Positions 48,411 through 58,320 of a stretch of DNA of 64,000 bases are shown in pieces. The DNA lies in assembly GCA_977017575.1 (NCBI GenBank), contig CDRNVI010000155.1, positions 1 to 64,000 of the forward strand. Direction: 5' to 3'. The stretch comes from Paramoeba atlantica (taxonomy: Eukaryota > Protista > Discosea). A program made the translations under genes and the position numbers. The notes beneath the pieces are model-generated. The model saw nothing but the letters and a program-made list of their open reading frames with translations, was not told the DNA's origin and did not search any database. Within the stretch, counting starts at the first letter, position 1, and every line of letters begins with the position of its first letter.

Positions 48411-50210
48411 GTTCTTTTGGTGTTCGTTTTGGCAGTTTCTCATTCCCTTTCATTGCCAGAATCAAAAACGGAGAACAAAACGAAAAAAAGTCCGATTTAT
48501 TTTTTAACCAATCAAATATTGACACGTTGGCACCATACAAAAATTCCGTAATGTAGAGGAAGAGGAAGAGGAAGAAGACTTCTTGGGTGACTTGGAAGTC
48601 GATGATTTGGAGGATGATGACTTAGAGGAAGATGATTTAGAAGGAGGTGGATTCAGAGGGTGTTTCTGATGATACCTTTCGATTTGTTCTGAGGCATCAA
48701 TTTGTGAAACATGGATCCATTCAGTGTTGGCCTTTCAGTAGTGTTTGAAATGCACTTGATAATAAAGTTCTCCATTCGAATACTTATGCTTAAGGATTTC
48801 CTTCACTTCAAAATCATAACCATCATCATCTTCAACAATCTCTTTGGGTGCTGGCTCTGAATTAACAATAGATATTTCATTTGATTCAGGATGCAGAGTA
48901 ATCTTGTACTGAACATGGAGTTTCTTTAAGTTCTGAATGTTTTGGATTTCTGAATTCTTCTCTTGTTTGAGTTCTTGAATCTGGTAACTTCCATTCTTAA
49001 GATCCTCCACAACCACATAAATCTCTTGATAATAATAGGGTCTGTACTTCTTCACAATCTCTTTTCCTTTTGATTTGTTTCTCTTCAACACTTGATCACC
49101 AACCTTCAACACAGTGTATGTTCCTTCATTTGCTTTGTCATATCATTGTTTTTATTTCACAGCCACTTTCTCTCTCTTTTCTCAAACCCAATTAATCATG
49201 CCCTCCCTCTCAGTTTGTAGCTTCTTGACATAGTCATCAATCAGTACCACTGGTTTGTTCACAGAGCCGAAGAGAGAATTGATTGGCATAATTGGATGTC
49301 TCCCAAAGTGAAGATAGAAAGGTGTGTAACCAGTTGAGGAGGAATGAGAAGTATTGAAAGCAAATTCCACAAGAGGTAAGAGAAGGTCCCAATCATCTGC
49401 ATATTTATCAACAAATGAGCAAATGATTGATTCTGTAACTTTGTGGGAACATTCAACATGGCCATTACTTTTGGAGTTGTAGGGGGCAATAAAAGTTTGT
49501 TTCATTCTGAGAAGCTGGGTCAGTTTTGCAAAAATTTGATTTGCAAATTCTGAACCATTATCTGTTACTATCTGCAAAGGCATTGAATTAACACAAACAT
49601 ACTGAAGTAAGGCTTCAGCAGAGGCTTCAGCAGAGGGATCTGGAATTGCATACAGACATATATAGTCACTAAAGTTATCAAGGATAGCCAAAATAAAAGA
49701 ATTCCCATGAGCAGTGACTTTTGGTCCCTTTGTACAATCCAGGTGGAGTAAAATTCCAGGGTAAGAAGCCATGTAAGGATTTAAATCAGATGTCAATGTC
49801 TTTGTTTTTGAGTTGATCACACAATTAAGGCAACAGTGATAGTAACCTTTGATCACAGCACTCATACCAGGAAAATAATAGGAGACAGCAATTGCATCAT
49901 AAAGTTGCTTGAACTTGTGGTGTCCAGAGATTAGATCTGAATGATAAGTGTCAAATACTGTATTCCACAAACTCTGGGGCAGAATTGCAGGTGGGAAACA
50001 ACCAGCAGCTGTAGTTTCATCCACTTTCCTCAAGATTCCAGATTCATCAACCCAGTACTTGTGAGCAGTTTGTTGGAGTGCTCAAAGATAGTGCTTCCTC
50101 TTAGGCAAGAGGCTATTAATCAAGTAGTTAATAATCATTGAGCAAAACTTATCTTTCCTTTGAGCCTGAGCAAGGTAAGGAAGTTCAACTAAAACCTGAT
50201 CAATGTCATC

Positions 50211-53200
50211 TGTGCAGATTAAGTTCTACAGGGGTTGCAAGAGAAAAGGGAAAGCACAAGTTTTTGTCAGGAAAGTTAAAAGTGGTTTACTAAGGAGGTT
50301 AAAGGTCAGGTGTGACGAAAGGAAAGGTCCGTGGAGAATTCTTTCAGGCGTGACCGTTCTGGGAAGCGGTTACTGGATCAATAAAGGTGTCCGAAGACAA
50401 TTTGAGGAATATCTTCTTTAGCGTTCTAGTTTAGCGCGTTATTTTCTTTTTCGCGTTTCTTGTTTTGTTGCGGGAGTTTGGTTGTTTGTTCGTTCGTTTA
50501 GTTTTGTTCAGAAGCAGCTGTGCATCCTCCCGGGGCTCGAAGAACGTCTAGCTTGCGTTATAAGGATTTGTAAAGCAATGGAGATGTTGCTATAAGTTTG
50601 GAATCGCATGGAAAACCCAGTGGGAAAAAAAGCCATGGTTCAGGAGTTGTCCGCAGGAGGGAGCCAATGCCGAGAGCTGGTGTGGAAGGGGCAAAAGCTC
50701 GTTGTGTGAGGAAACCCAAGAGTTCTGGGAGGAAAACCTCACTTTCTTGCAAGAGGAAGGACCATTGGAGTGTAACTCTTGGTCTGTTATTCATAATCAG
50801 CGTAACGAGTACTGGCTCGTAGCCTCCTCCCCCGAGCAGAAAAATTGGGCTGGGGTTGAGTTGGGAGGGTGTTTGTCGAAGCAGCTGCAGCTGCCTGGGG
50901 CTGTGGTAGTGGAGGGGTAACATTGTGATTTCGTTTATAGAATTCAATGAGATCAGGAGCATCGATTTCATCTGCAAGAAACCAGACTGCGTGGTCTGCT
51001 CGGAAATTTTTGTATTGAACTTTGTAATGAAGTCTTCCCTGTGGGTCGAATTTGTGAGCAAGAATTTTCTTTAATTCATAGTCACAATCATCACCCAGGT
51101 CGAAGTCATCAAATTCAATTTGTTCGTCATCCTCAGGGAGACAGACAGGTTGTTCTGTGAGTGCCTGGTTTGCAGGTTCATGATTTAATTCATATCGAAT
51201 TTTTAGTTTTTTTAATCTCATAATGTTTTCAGTTCGCGGAAGTTCTTCCCATTTGAGATCTTGGATCGTATATGTTCCGTTGGAATGGATACCGGTGACC
51301 TTGTAGATTTTTCGGTAGAAAAGTGGTCGGTATTTCTTTCCTATGGAGCTGTCTTTGTCATCCTTTGCGAGGAGGACAAAATCTCCAAGGTTCAGCATTT
51401 TAATCATTGTGTGATGGGTTTCATCATAGCGATCTTTGTAAAGGTTTGCTGCTTTTTGTTTTTGGTCTTTGACCCAAGCAAATACTATATCTTGTTGAGT
51501 TTGTAGTGTTTTAACATACTCATGTGCTGTTGTAACAGGACGGTATGCTGTGTCGTACAAAGCCTCAATGGGTAAGACTGGATGTCTTCCATAGAAAAGA
51601 AAGAATGGCGTATAATTTGTAACTGAGGATTCAGATGTGTTGTATGCGAATTCTAAGAGCGGGATCAGCAGGTTCCAATCATCTTTGAAGTCATTGATGA
51701 AAGCACAGATCATTGTTTTGATCACTCGATGTGTTTCTTCGACTTTTCCATTACTTTGCGAATGGAGAGGGCAAATCAAGGTGTGTTTGATTCCAAGCAA
51801 ATGAATCAGGTCAGCAATTAATTCATTTGCAAATTCTCTTCCATTATCAGTAATGATTTTTAAAGGCATTGAATGTAAGCAAACATATTTGAAGAGCGAT
51901 GATGCAGATGTATTAGCATCAGGTTGAGGGATGGCATATAAGCGGAGATATCCCATAAAGATGTCAACAACTGCAAGGATGTGTGAATTTCCTCGAATTG
52001 TTCTGTTTGGTCCTGGGGTGCAGTCAATCTGGATTACCAGGCCAGGGTATTGTATGTTGCGGGTTGGATTTAATTCTGCGCGCAATTGGGCAGTTCTGGT
52101 TGTTATTTGGCATTCCAAGCAACGGTTACAATATGCTTTAATGTAGGTATACATTTGTTCAAAATAGAATGAATCTCGAATAACTTTGTAAAGTTTTTCG
52201 AATTTTCGGTGTCCTCCTGTGGGAGAGTTATGACTGATGTCAATTACTTCATCCCAGAGAGCTTTGGGGAGAACTGCAGGTGGCAGTCCTTTTTCTATTG
52301 GGAACATCTCATCGATTTTTCGAAGGATGCCTTGGTCGTCAACCCAATATTTGTGAGATTGTGTTTGCAGGTATTTGAGAGCTGATTTTCTTCTAGGAAG
52401 TGTCTCAAATTGAAGATAATTGATTAATTTTAAACAGTGTTTGTCTTCCCGTTGCATTCGAGCAAGTCGTGAAAGATTAACTGGTTGGTCAATTTCTTCT
52501 GAAAAGGTGTCCCCCCCCTCGCTTGTGGAGGCTTCTTGAAGAAGAAGGAGGTCAGGTCCTGAATTTTCAATTGTTCTTATTTCAGGAATATGTGCATTTT
52601 GTTCCTCAAGGAAGTCTAATCTTTGTAAAAGGTCAGATTGTTTGTCCAGAGATTTGTTGGTTTCACTGTTTCCAGTTTTGACTGCTGTCTCAACCATATC
52701 TTTAAAGATGTTTGTTATCTCATCAGTTTCTGTTTCAGTGTCATATGTAGCATAATGACGGCTGAGGGCATCTGGAATTGCCATTAGTTTGCCTGGTTTG
52801 TGTATAACACGGACGTTATACTGCAGGATTCTTGCGATCCAGTCACAGAGCATTTTGTGATTGGGCATGTGTTCAGTTGCGTTTATTATGTCAGAGAGAC
52901 TGCTGCAATCGCAGTATACGATTGGGTCGCGTCCGTAAACATAATATTTGAATGTGTTGAGTGACCAAAGAATTCCAAGACCTTCACGGACTGGATTTGT
53001 GTATTTTCTTTGTGTCTCAGTAAGCGCATGAGATGCATACTCAACAACTCGGTGATTACCATTCTCATCTAGTTGTGTGAGGATGGCTCCAAGGCCAGTT
53101 TTGCTTGCGTCTACATGGATGTAGAATTGTTTTGAGAGATTGGGGTGAGCCATGCATGTCTCATCAGTAAGCATTTCTTTTAACAATTCAATTTCATTGA

Positions 53201-56200
53201 TTGCTTTTTTTGTCAATTTAAATGATTTGTTATCCAGTTGGGCTGCTTTTCGAAGATTTGCGGTTAATGCTGAAAGCCTTGGTATAAATCTTCTGAGCCA
53301 TGATGTCATGCCTAAGAATCTGCTCACCTCTTTTGGTGTTCTTGGCAGTGGATAGTCTTTGATTGCTTTGACTTTTTTGGGATTAGGCGATAATCCATCT
53401 TTTGATGCAACAAACCCAAGTATTTCGAATGTGGGTCTGCAAAAGGAGCATTTTGAGGGTTGTAAGATGAGATTGTGATCTCTCAATCTTGTGAGGATTT
53501 GTTCAAGGTGCTTGATATGATCCTCAAATGATGTACTGAAAGCGAGTATATCATCAAGATAAGCAAAACAGCATATCCATAGGAGACCATTTAGAACAGC
53601 CTCTATGAATCGTTGTTGCGTTGGGGGTGCGTTGCATAACCCGAATGGCATGGAAAGAAATTCCCAGAGGCCGTATTTGCTTGTAAAAGCTGTTTTTTCG
53701 ATGTCATTCGGATGGATTGGAATTGACCAGAATGCGTCAGTGAGATCAATTGTTGAGAAATAAGAAGCATTCCCCAATACTGCAAGTATTTCATCCATTT
53801 TTGGAAGTGGGTATGAATCTTTCTTTGTCACTTTGTTAAGTGCTCTAAAATCAATGCAAAATCTGATTTTTCCATTTTTCTTATCAGCTAATAAAATGGG
53901 TGAAGCCCAAGGCGATTTTGATGGTCTAATAACTTTGCGAAGTGCCATCTTATTGATGTGTTGCCAGATGATATGATCTTCAACTGGACTTGTCCTGCGA
54001 GGATTATGTTTAATTGGTGGACCCTCAACCTCTATTGTATGAGAGGTAGAGGTTGTTCTTTCGAGAGGTCCTTCTCTTTTTTCTTTACTCCAAAGATCTT
54101 TGAAAGAGTGGAGCAGAGTTGCTAATTTTTCTTTTTGAACAGCTGTCAAATTTGTTGAGTCGATTTTGAACTCATCATAAACTTGTTGAAGTTCTGGATT
54201 CCGAGTTTGCGGGGAATCAGATTCATCAGTGGGCTTTTGGGAATCTGCCAGTTTTGCTGCAAGCATTTGAATAACTGGTTCTTCGCCAATGCCATCGAAT
54301 TGTTTGTTTTTAATAAAGGGTTTGTTGTCCTTTTGGAGTTGTTTTGGATAGATTGGTTCTGTTTTCTGCCAATTGCAATTGGGTGTTTTGTGTTTTTGTT
54401 CCGGTTTTTTCGGTGGAGAAGGGGTTTCCTTCTTGAAATTAAATTTTGTTTCCGTAATAGGATTTTTTGTGAGCTCAATGAGCTCTGTATCAGCCACATC
54501 TTGTTCGTTGACCATGTAGACTTTTCCAAGCACGGCTTTGTCTGGTATGGTAACGGTTTGTGCTGTTGGATTTGCTACCAACAGTGTGATTTCTCCATCA
54601 CTGCGGATGTCCACAAGTCCAGGAAAAGCCAGCAGCTTTCCACCTCCAGTGACTATCGGTATAAAGAATCCTTGTGGCGATGTGATAGGTCTAACTAATT
54701 TGAGTGTTATTGTTTTTAAAGCTCTTGGCGGACACTTTGCCCTCACAGCTTGGGCGTGAAGTAATCCTGCATGACCAAAGATCTTTAAATGCTCAAGCGC
54801 AAGTGGATCCATCTGATTAGAGAGATCTGAGGGGGGGTTTGCTTGTGTTTGGAATTTACCCCTGTAAGTTATGGTGTTGTCACTTGGATTATATGCAATT
54901 CGCATGCGATGCGAGGTTGGTCGACCGATTAAGCATTGAACTGGCAAGTGATCAACAATGAGAAACCATAACTTAGCAGTGCATTCCCCAAATTGAAATG
55001 TGGTTGCAATTGCCTGCTTAGCGAGAGTTTGGGTTGAATTTCCCATTGCAATGCGGAATGGAGTTTCAAGTTCTCTGATTTCCTCAGTTTTGAATCCATG
55101 TTTTTGCGTTAATTCTCGGCTAATAGCATTGAGTCCTGCCCCGGTATCAAGGCAGGTGACCGTTTGGAGGCCTCCCACAGTTGCTTGAAATTCCAGCGGC
55201 GACCCAATTATTGCTGTGACCTCATCAGCTTTTTGTGGATGGGCGTTTTGGGTTGGAAGATGCTGCAACAGTTGGAATTCTGCTTCGCAGGGAGCAGATG
55301 CAGGTGCCTGATGGGCTGTTCTCTCAATCATTCCACAGCGCGTTTTGTGTTCTTTGCAAAAAGACGATTTGAGAGATGTTTGAGCGTGAGGGATTTCCTT
55401 TTCTGATTCACAACCGTCAAGTTTGTACGACACGGTCTGACATTGTTTATCACAAGGAGGAATTCTCTCATCAGTCTCAATATTAATAAAAGCAGCGGGG
55501 TAATTTTGGAAAGGTTTATTAGCATTACCTTGTTGAATAGCAGGTTGTGCTTGAGCAACAGTTTGTTGTTGTTGTGGAGGCGAAGCAGCAGGTTGTGTGG
55601 CTGCTTTTTGGAGGTGTGGGGTCAAAGCAGCCAGTAACTTTGGAACAAATGAGTTGATCATTTGCTCTTCAGTTCGTGGTTTCTTTGTGGGGGGTTCCCC
55701 AGTATTGCGAGGAGGTTTGTGAGGATTGTTCCCGCGAGCATTTGGGTTTCCACGTGGATTGTGTGGTGGTTGTTTGTACCTTCTCTTTGATGGAGGTGGT
55801 TCATTACCAGCTCGCAGAGCCGCAATCACTCGACAATCTTTGTCAGCATGGGTGATATTGAATCCATGAATGGAGCAGCAATAGACAAAAGAAGCGTTTG
55901 TCAAGTTTGGAGTTTTGTTAAAACAGGTAAATTGTTCACGGTATCCGAGAACTCGAGGGCAGTTCAGGGAGGAGTGATCAGTACTGGCGCAAGCCAAACA
56001 CATTGTCTGCTGCTGCAGATCTTGTGCCGCATCTCTGAATTCCTGATTGTGAGGGTCCAGGCGGAGTATAGGTGTGGGTGAAGGAGTGGTATTGGAGCGG
56101 ATGAAAGGATATTTTGGTTGGCTCTTGCATGAGATAGCTGTTTCTTCAGGTGGTTGATCAGGTGATAACCTCTTGACCGCTTGCCAGGCTTCTGAGAAAG

Positions 56201-57180
56201 GTGAGGAGAGGATTTTGTCTTGTAGAGTTTGGAAGATTCGGGGGTCAGTCAACCGTATGCCTCTCTCATACTCTCTCTCTGCTGCTTGGCGGAAGATTTG
56301 AAGGTGTTGGGAGAGTTTGATTGAATTGTCAAACACTAACCGCGCGATCCACCTCGTCGATACCAGTGAGCTGTTGGATCCCAGTTCCATGTTAATGGCC
56401 GTCAAGAAATCTTGAAAAGGTTGGAAGGAGGTGGCAACCACGGTGTAGCCCTTCGACTTCAAGTGTTTAGACAACACTTGAGAGAGAAATTTGTAGTTCG
56501 GCCAGAAGTCGCAAGTCCATGTATAGTAGATGTTGGAGAGAAAATGGGTAAAGCGTGTCCGACTGTTTTCACCTGTCGCAGGGGGTGGTGTGAGGCTTGA
56601 GTCCAAGAATGATTCAAAAGATTTTTGAATTGTCTTGTGGGTTTTTGCTTCATACGGGGTAAGGTTCTTTGGGAGAGGAACCTTCTCGTTCGGTTCAGGC
56701 TCGCTGATGATAGTCGAGAGGTCGAGGTTGCCAAAGTTCAAGTTTGGTTGAGGCCGTTGCTGAGTTGCATTCTCATTCACAGCTGTTTGACCAAGGGTGG
56801 TTGGACCCAAGACAGTTTCATCAGTGTTTGTGTTACGGTCCATAAGTTCGAAACGGCGTCGCCAAGTGTGCAGATTAAGTTCTACAGGGGTTGCAAGAGA
56901 AAAGGGAAAGCACAAGTTTTTGTCAGGAAAGTTAAAAGTGGTTTACTAAGGAGGTTAAAGGTCAGGTGTGATGAAAGGAAAGGTCCGTGGAGAATTCTTT
57001 CAGGCGTGACCGTTCTGGGAAGCGGTTACTGGATCAATAAAGGTGTCCGAAGACAATTTGAGGAATATCTTCTTTAGCGTTCTAGTTTAGCACGTTATTT
57101 TCTTTTTCGTGTTTCTTGTTTTGTTGCGGGAGTTTGGTTGTTTGTTCGTTCATTTAGTTTTGTTCAGAAGCAGCTGTGCA
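50211..57180 (-). mobile_element. Young full-length chromodomain Ty3/Gypsy LTR retrotransposon
   Basis: 314-bp LTRs at 50211-50524 and 56867-57180 (TG...CA, 4 mismatches), 4-bp TSD CATC (50207-50210 and 57181-57184), PBS TGGCGACGCCG at 56854-56864 (minus strand), PPT GGGAGGA. Confidence 0.95.
50787..56843 (-). CDS. gag-pol: Single-ORF Gag-Pol: CCHC knuckle, aspartic protease, dUTPase-like segment, RT, RNase H, integrase, chromodomain
   Basis: CLACASTDHSSLNC; CLDTGAG; FAYLDDIL; HVDASKTG; H...H...CNRC with IQIDC/ITDNGREF/GKVEE; YELKKILAH...HAVW. The likely start is MDRNT (56843), downstream of the PBS. Confidence 0.95.
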   Translation of the reverse strand: MDRNTNTDETVLGPTTLGQTAVNENATQQRPQPNLNFGNLDLSTIISEPEPNEKVPLPKNLTPYEAKTHKTIQKSFESFLDSSLTPPPATGENSRTRFTHFLSNIYYTWTCDFWPNYKFLSQVLSKHLKSKGYTVVATSFQPFQDFLTAINMELGSNSSLVSTRWIARLVFDNSIKLSQHLQIFRQAAEREYERGIRLTDPRIFQTLQDKILSSPFSEAWQAVKRLSPDQPPEETAISCKSQPKYPFIRSNTTPSPTPILRLDPHNQEFRDAAQDLQQQTMCLACASTDHSSLNCPRVLGYREQFTCFNKTPNLTNASFVYCCSIHGFNITHADKDCRVIAALRAGNEPPPSKRRYKQPPHNPRGNPNARGNNPHKPPRNTGEPPTKKPRTEEQMINSFVPKLLAALTPHLQKAATQPAASPPQQQQTVAQAQPAIQQGNANKPFQNYPAAFINIETDERIPPCDKQCQTVSYKLDGCESEKEIPHAQTSLKSSFCKEHKTRCGMIERTAHQAPASAPCEAEFQLLQHLPTQNAHPQKADEVTAIIGSPLEFQATVGGLQTVTCLDTGAGLNAISRELTQKHGFKTEEIRELETPFRIAMGNSTQTLAKQAIATTFQFGECTAKLWFLIVDHLPVQCLIGRPTSHRMRIAYNPSDNTITYRGKFQTQANPPSDLSNQMDPLALEHLKIFGHAGLLHAQAVRAKCPPRALKTITLKLVRPITSPQGFFIPIVTGGGKLLAFPGLVDIRSDGEITLLVANPTAQTVTIPDKAVLGKVYMVNEQDVADTELIELTKNPITETKFNFKKETPSPPKKPEQKHKTPNCNWQKTEPIYPKQLQKDNKPFIKNKQFDGIGEEPVIQMLAAKLADSQKPTDESDSPQTRNPELQQVYDEFKIDSTNLTAVQKEKLATLLHSFKDLWSKEKREGPLERTTSTSHTIEVEGPPIKHNPRRTSPVEDHIIWQHINKMALRKVIRPSKSPWASPILLADKKNGKIRFCIDFRALNKVTKKDSYPLPKMDEILAVLGNASYFSTIDLTDAFWSIPIHPNDIEKTAFTSKYGLWEFLSMPFGLCNAPPTQQRFIEAVLNGLLWICCFAYLDDILAFSTSFEDHIKHLEQILTRLRDHNLILQPSKCSFCRPTFEILGFVASKDGLSPNPKKVKAIKDYPLPRTPKEVSRFLGMTSWLRRFIPRLSALTANLRKAAQLDNKSFKLTKKAINEIELLKEMLTDETCMAHPNLSKQFYIHVDASKTGLGAILTQLDENGNHRVVEYASHALTETQRKYTNPVREGLGILWSLNTFKYYVYGRDPIVYCDCSSLSDIINATEHMPNHKMLCDWIARILQYNVRVIHKPGKLMAIPDALSRHYATYDTETETDEITNIFKDMVETAVKTGNSETNKSLDKQSDLLQRLDFLEEQNAHIPEIRTIENSGPDLLLLQEASTSEGGDTFSEEIDQPVNLSRLARMQREDKHCLKLINYLQFETLPRRKSALKYLQTQSHKYWVDDQGILRKIDEMFPIEKGLPPAVLPKALWDEVIDISHNSPTGGHRKFEKLYKVIRDSFYFEQMYTYIKAYCNRCLECQITTRTAQLRAELNPTRNIQYPGLVIQIDCTPGPNRTIRGNSHILAVVDIFMGYLRLYAIPQPDANTSASSLFKYVCLHSMPLKIITDNGREFANELIADLIHLLGIKHTLICPLHSQSNGKVEETHRVIKTMICAFINDFKDDWNLLIPLLEFAYNTSESSVTNYTPFFLFYGRHPVLPIEALYDTAYRPVTTAHEYVKTLQTQQDIVFAWVKDQKQKAANLYKDRYDETHHTMIKMLNLGDFVLLAKDDKDSSIGKKYRPLFYRKIYKVTGIHSNGTYTIQDLKWEELPRTENIMRLKKLKIRYELNHEPANQALTEQPVCLPEDDEQIEFDDFDLGDDCDYELKKILAHKFDPQGRLHYKVQYKNFRADHAVWFLADEIDAPDLIEFYKRNHNVTPPLPQPQAAAAASTNTLPTQPQPNFSARGRRLRASTRYADYE

Positions 57181-58320
57181 CATCCATATCCGCTTCAACA
57201 TTCTCAGAACTTTCTTTTGCTGTGGAAAGTGGCAGAGGCAGTGATCAAATAGGAGGAATGTCACAAATTTCCGGCTCACTGATTAATTCAATTTTTTCCA
57301 AAATGTTGTTTTGTCTTGAGAGGATATGGGTTTTTCCTGAAGAAGATTGTCCCAAATCCACCAACTCTTCAAACCAATGAGTCACATAATCCTTTGAAGT
57401 GGCCTTATCATGATATCCAACATACTGGTGGCTTAGAGCATCAGGGATTGTCATCAACTTTCCAGGTTTGTGAATGACCTTTGAGTGATATTCTAGAATT
57501 CGAGCAACCCAATCACACAGCATATCATGGTTCAGTACTTTCTGTTGACCTGTTTTAAACACAGATTTGAGAGATTCACAATCACAGAACATAATAGGAT
57601 TTCGACCATGGACATAATACTTGAAGTTGTTTAATGCCCACAGGATTCCAAGGCCCTCCTGCAGAGGATTAGTGTACTTCTGCTGTGTCTCTATGAGTGT
57701 TTGAGAAGCATACTCAATAACTTGGTGGTGACCATCTTGATCCATCTGAGTGAGAATCACTCTAAGACCAAGCTTGCTGGCATCAACATGGATAAAAAAT
57801 TCCTTTGAGAAGTCAGGATGGGCCATACAGGTTTCAGATGTCAAGAGCTCCTTTAAGAGATATATCTCCTTGATGGATTCTTGGGATAGCAAAAACTTCT
57901 TTGGATCCATCACTTTGGCTTTTCTCAAGTGTGTTGTTAAACTGAATGAACGAGGGATAAACTGTTTTAACCAAGTAACCATTTTCAAAAATCTCTCAAC
58001 TTCCTTTGGAGTAGTCAGAAGTGGGTAATTCTGAATTGCCTCAACTTTTTTCAGATTTGGCTTCAAACCATCCTTCGTTGTGATAAATCCAAGAATTTCA
58101 AAATTTGGCTTGCAAAACAAGCACTTTGCTGGTTGGAGCATCAAATTATTGTCCCTCAATCTTTGGAAAATTTTTGTCAGATCAGCCAGATGTTGTTCAA
58201 ACATTGAGCTGTAACAAAGGATGTCATCAATGTAGGCAAAACAACATTGCCAAACCAAACTGCTCAAGACCATTTTAATAAACTATTGTTGTGTTGCTGG
58301 AGTGTTACATAACCCAAAAG

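Larger units (their letters stand above)
41290..48553. mobile_element. 7.26-kb TIR DNA transposon with RAG1/Transib-like transposase ORF, TET/JBP-like dioxygenase and other cargo ORFs
   Basis: 48-bp TIRs at 41290-41337 and 48506-48553, CATTA(T/C)GGAATTTTTGTATGGTGCCAACGTGTCAATATTTGATTGGTT, with one mismatch. The flanks rejoin into the old Gypsy tail (tcc tct aag tca) with at most 1-2 bp duplicated. Confidence 0.85.
40861..58320 (-). mobile_element. Old, CpG-depleted chromodomain Gypsy element hosting nested insertions; its 5' part lies beyond the Copia insertion
   Basis: RT/RNase H at 57245-58320 (FAYIDDIL, HVDASKLG), integrase and chromodomain at ~48640-50206, Ser/Lys-rich tail, PPT and 3' LTR. 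The reading frame rejoins across the young Gypsy insertion as SENVEADMD|DIDQVL. Confidence 0.85.

Noticed and set aside
50558-51061. Extra ORF after pol as a possible env-like gene
   Set aside because: It overlaps pol in another frame and shows no signal peptide, TM anchor or fusion-protein motif.
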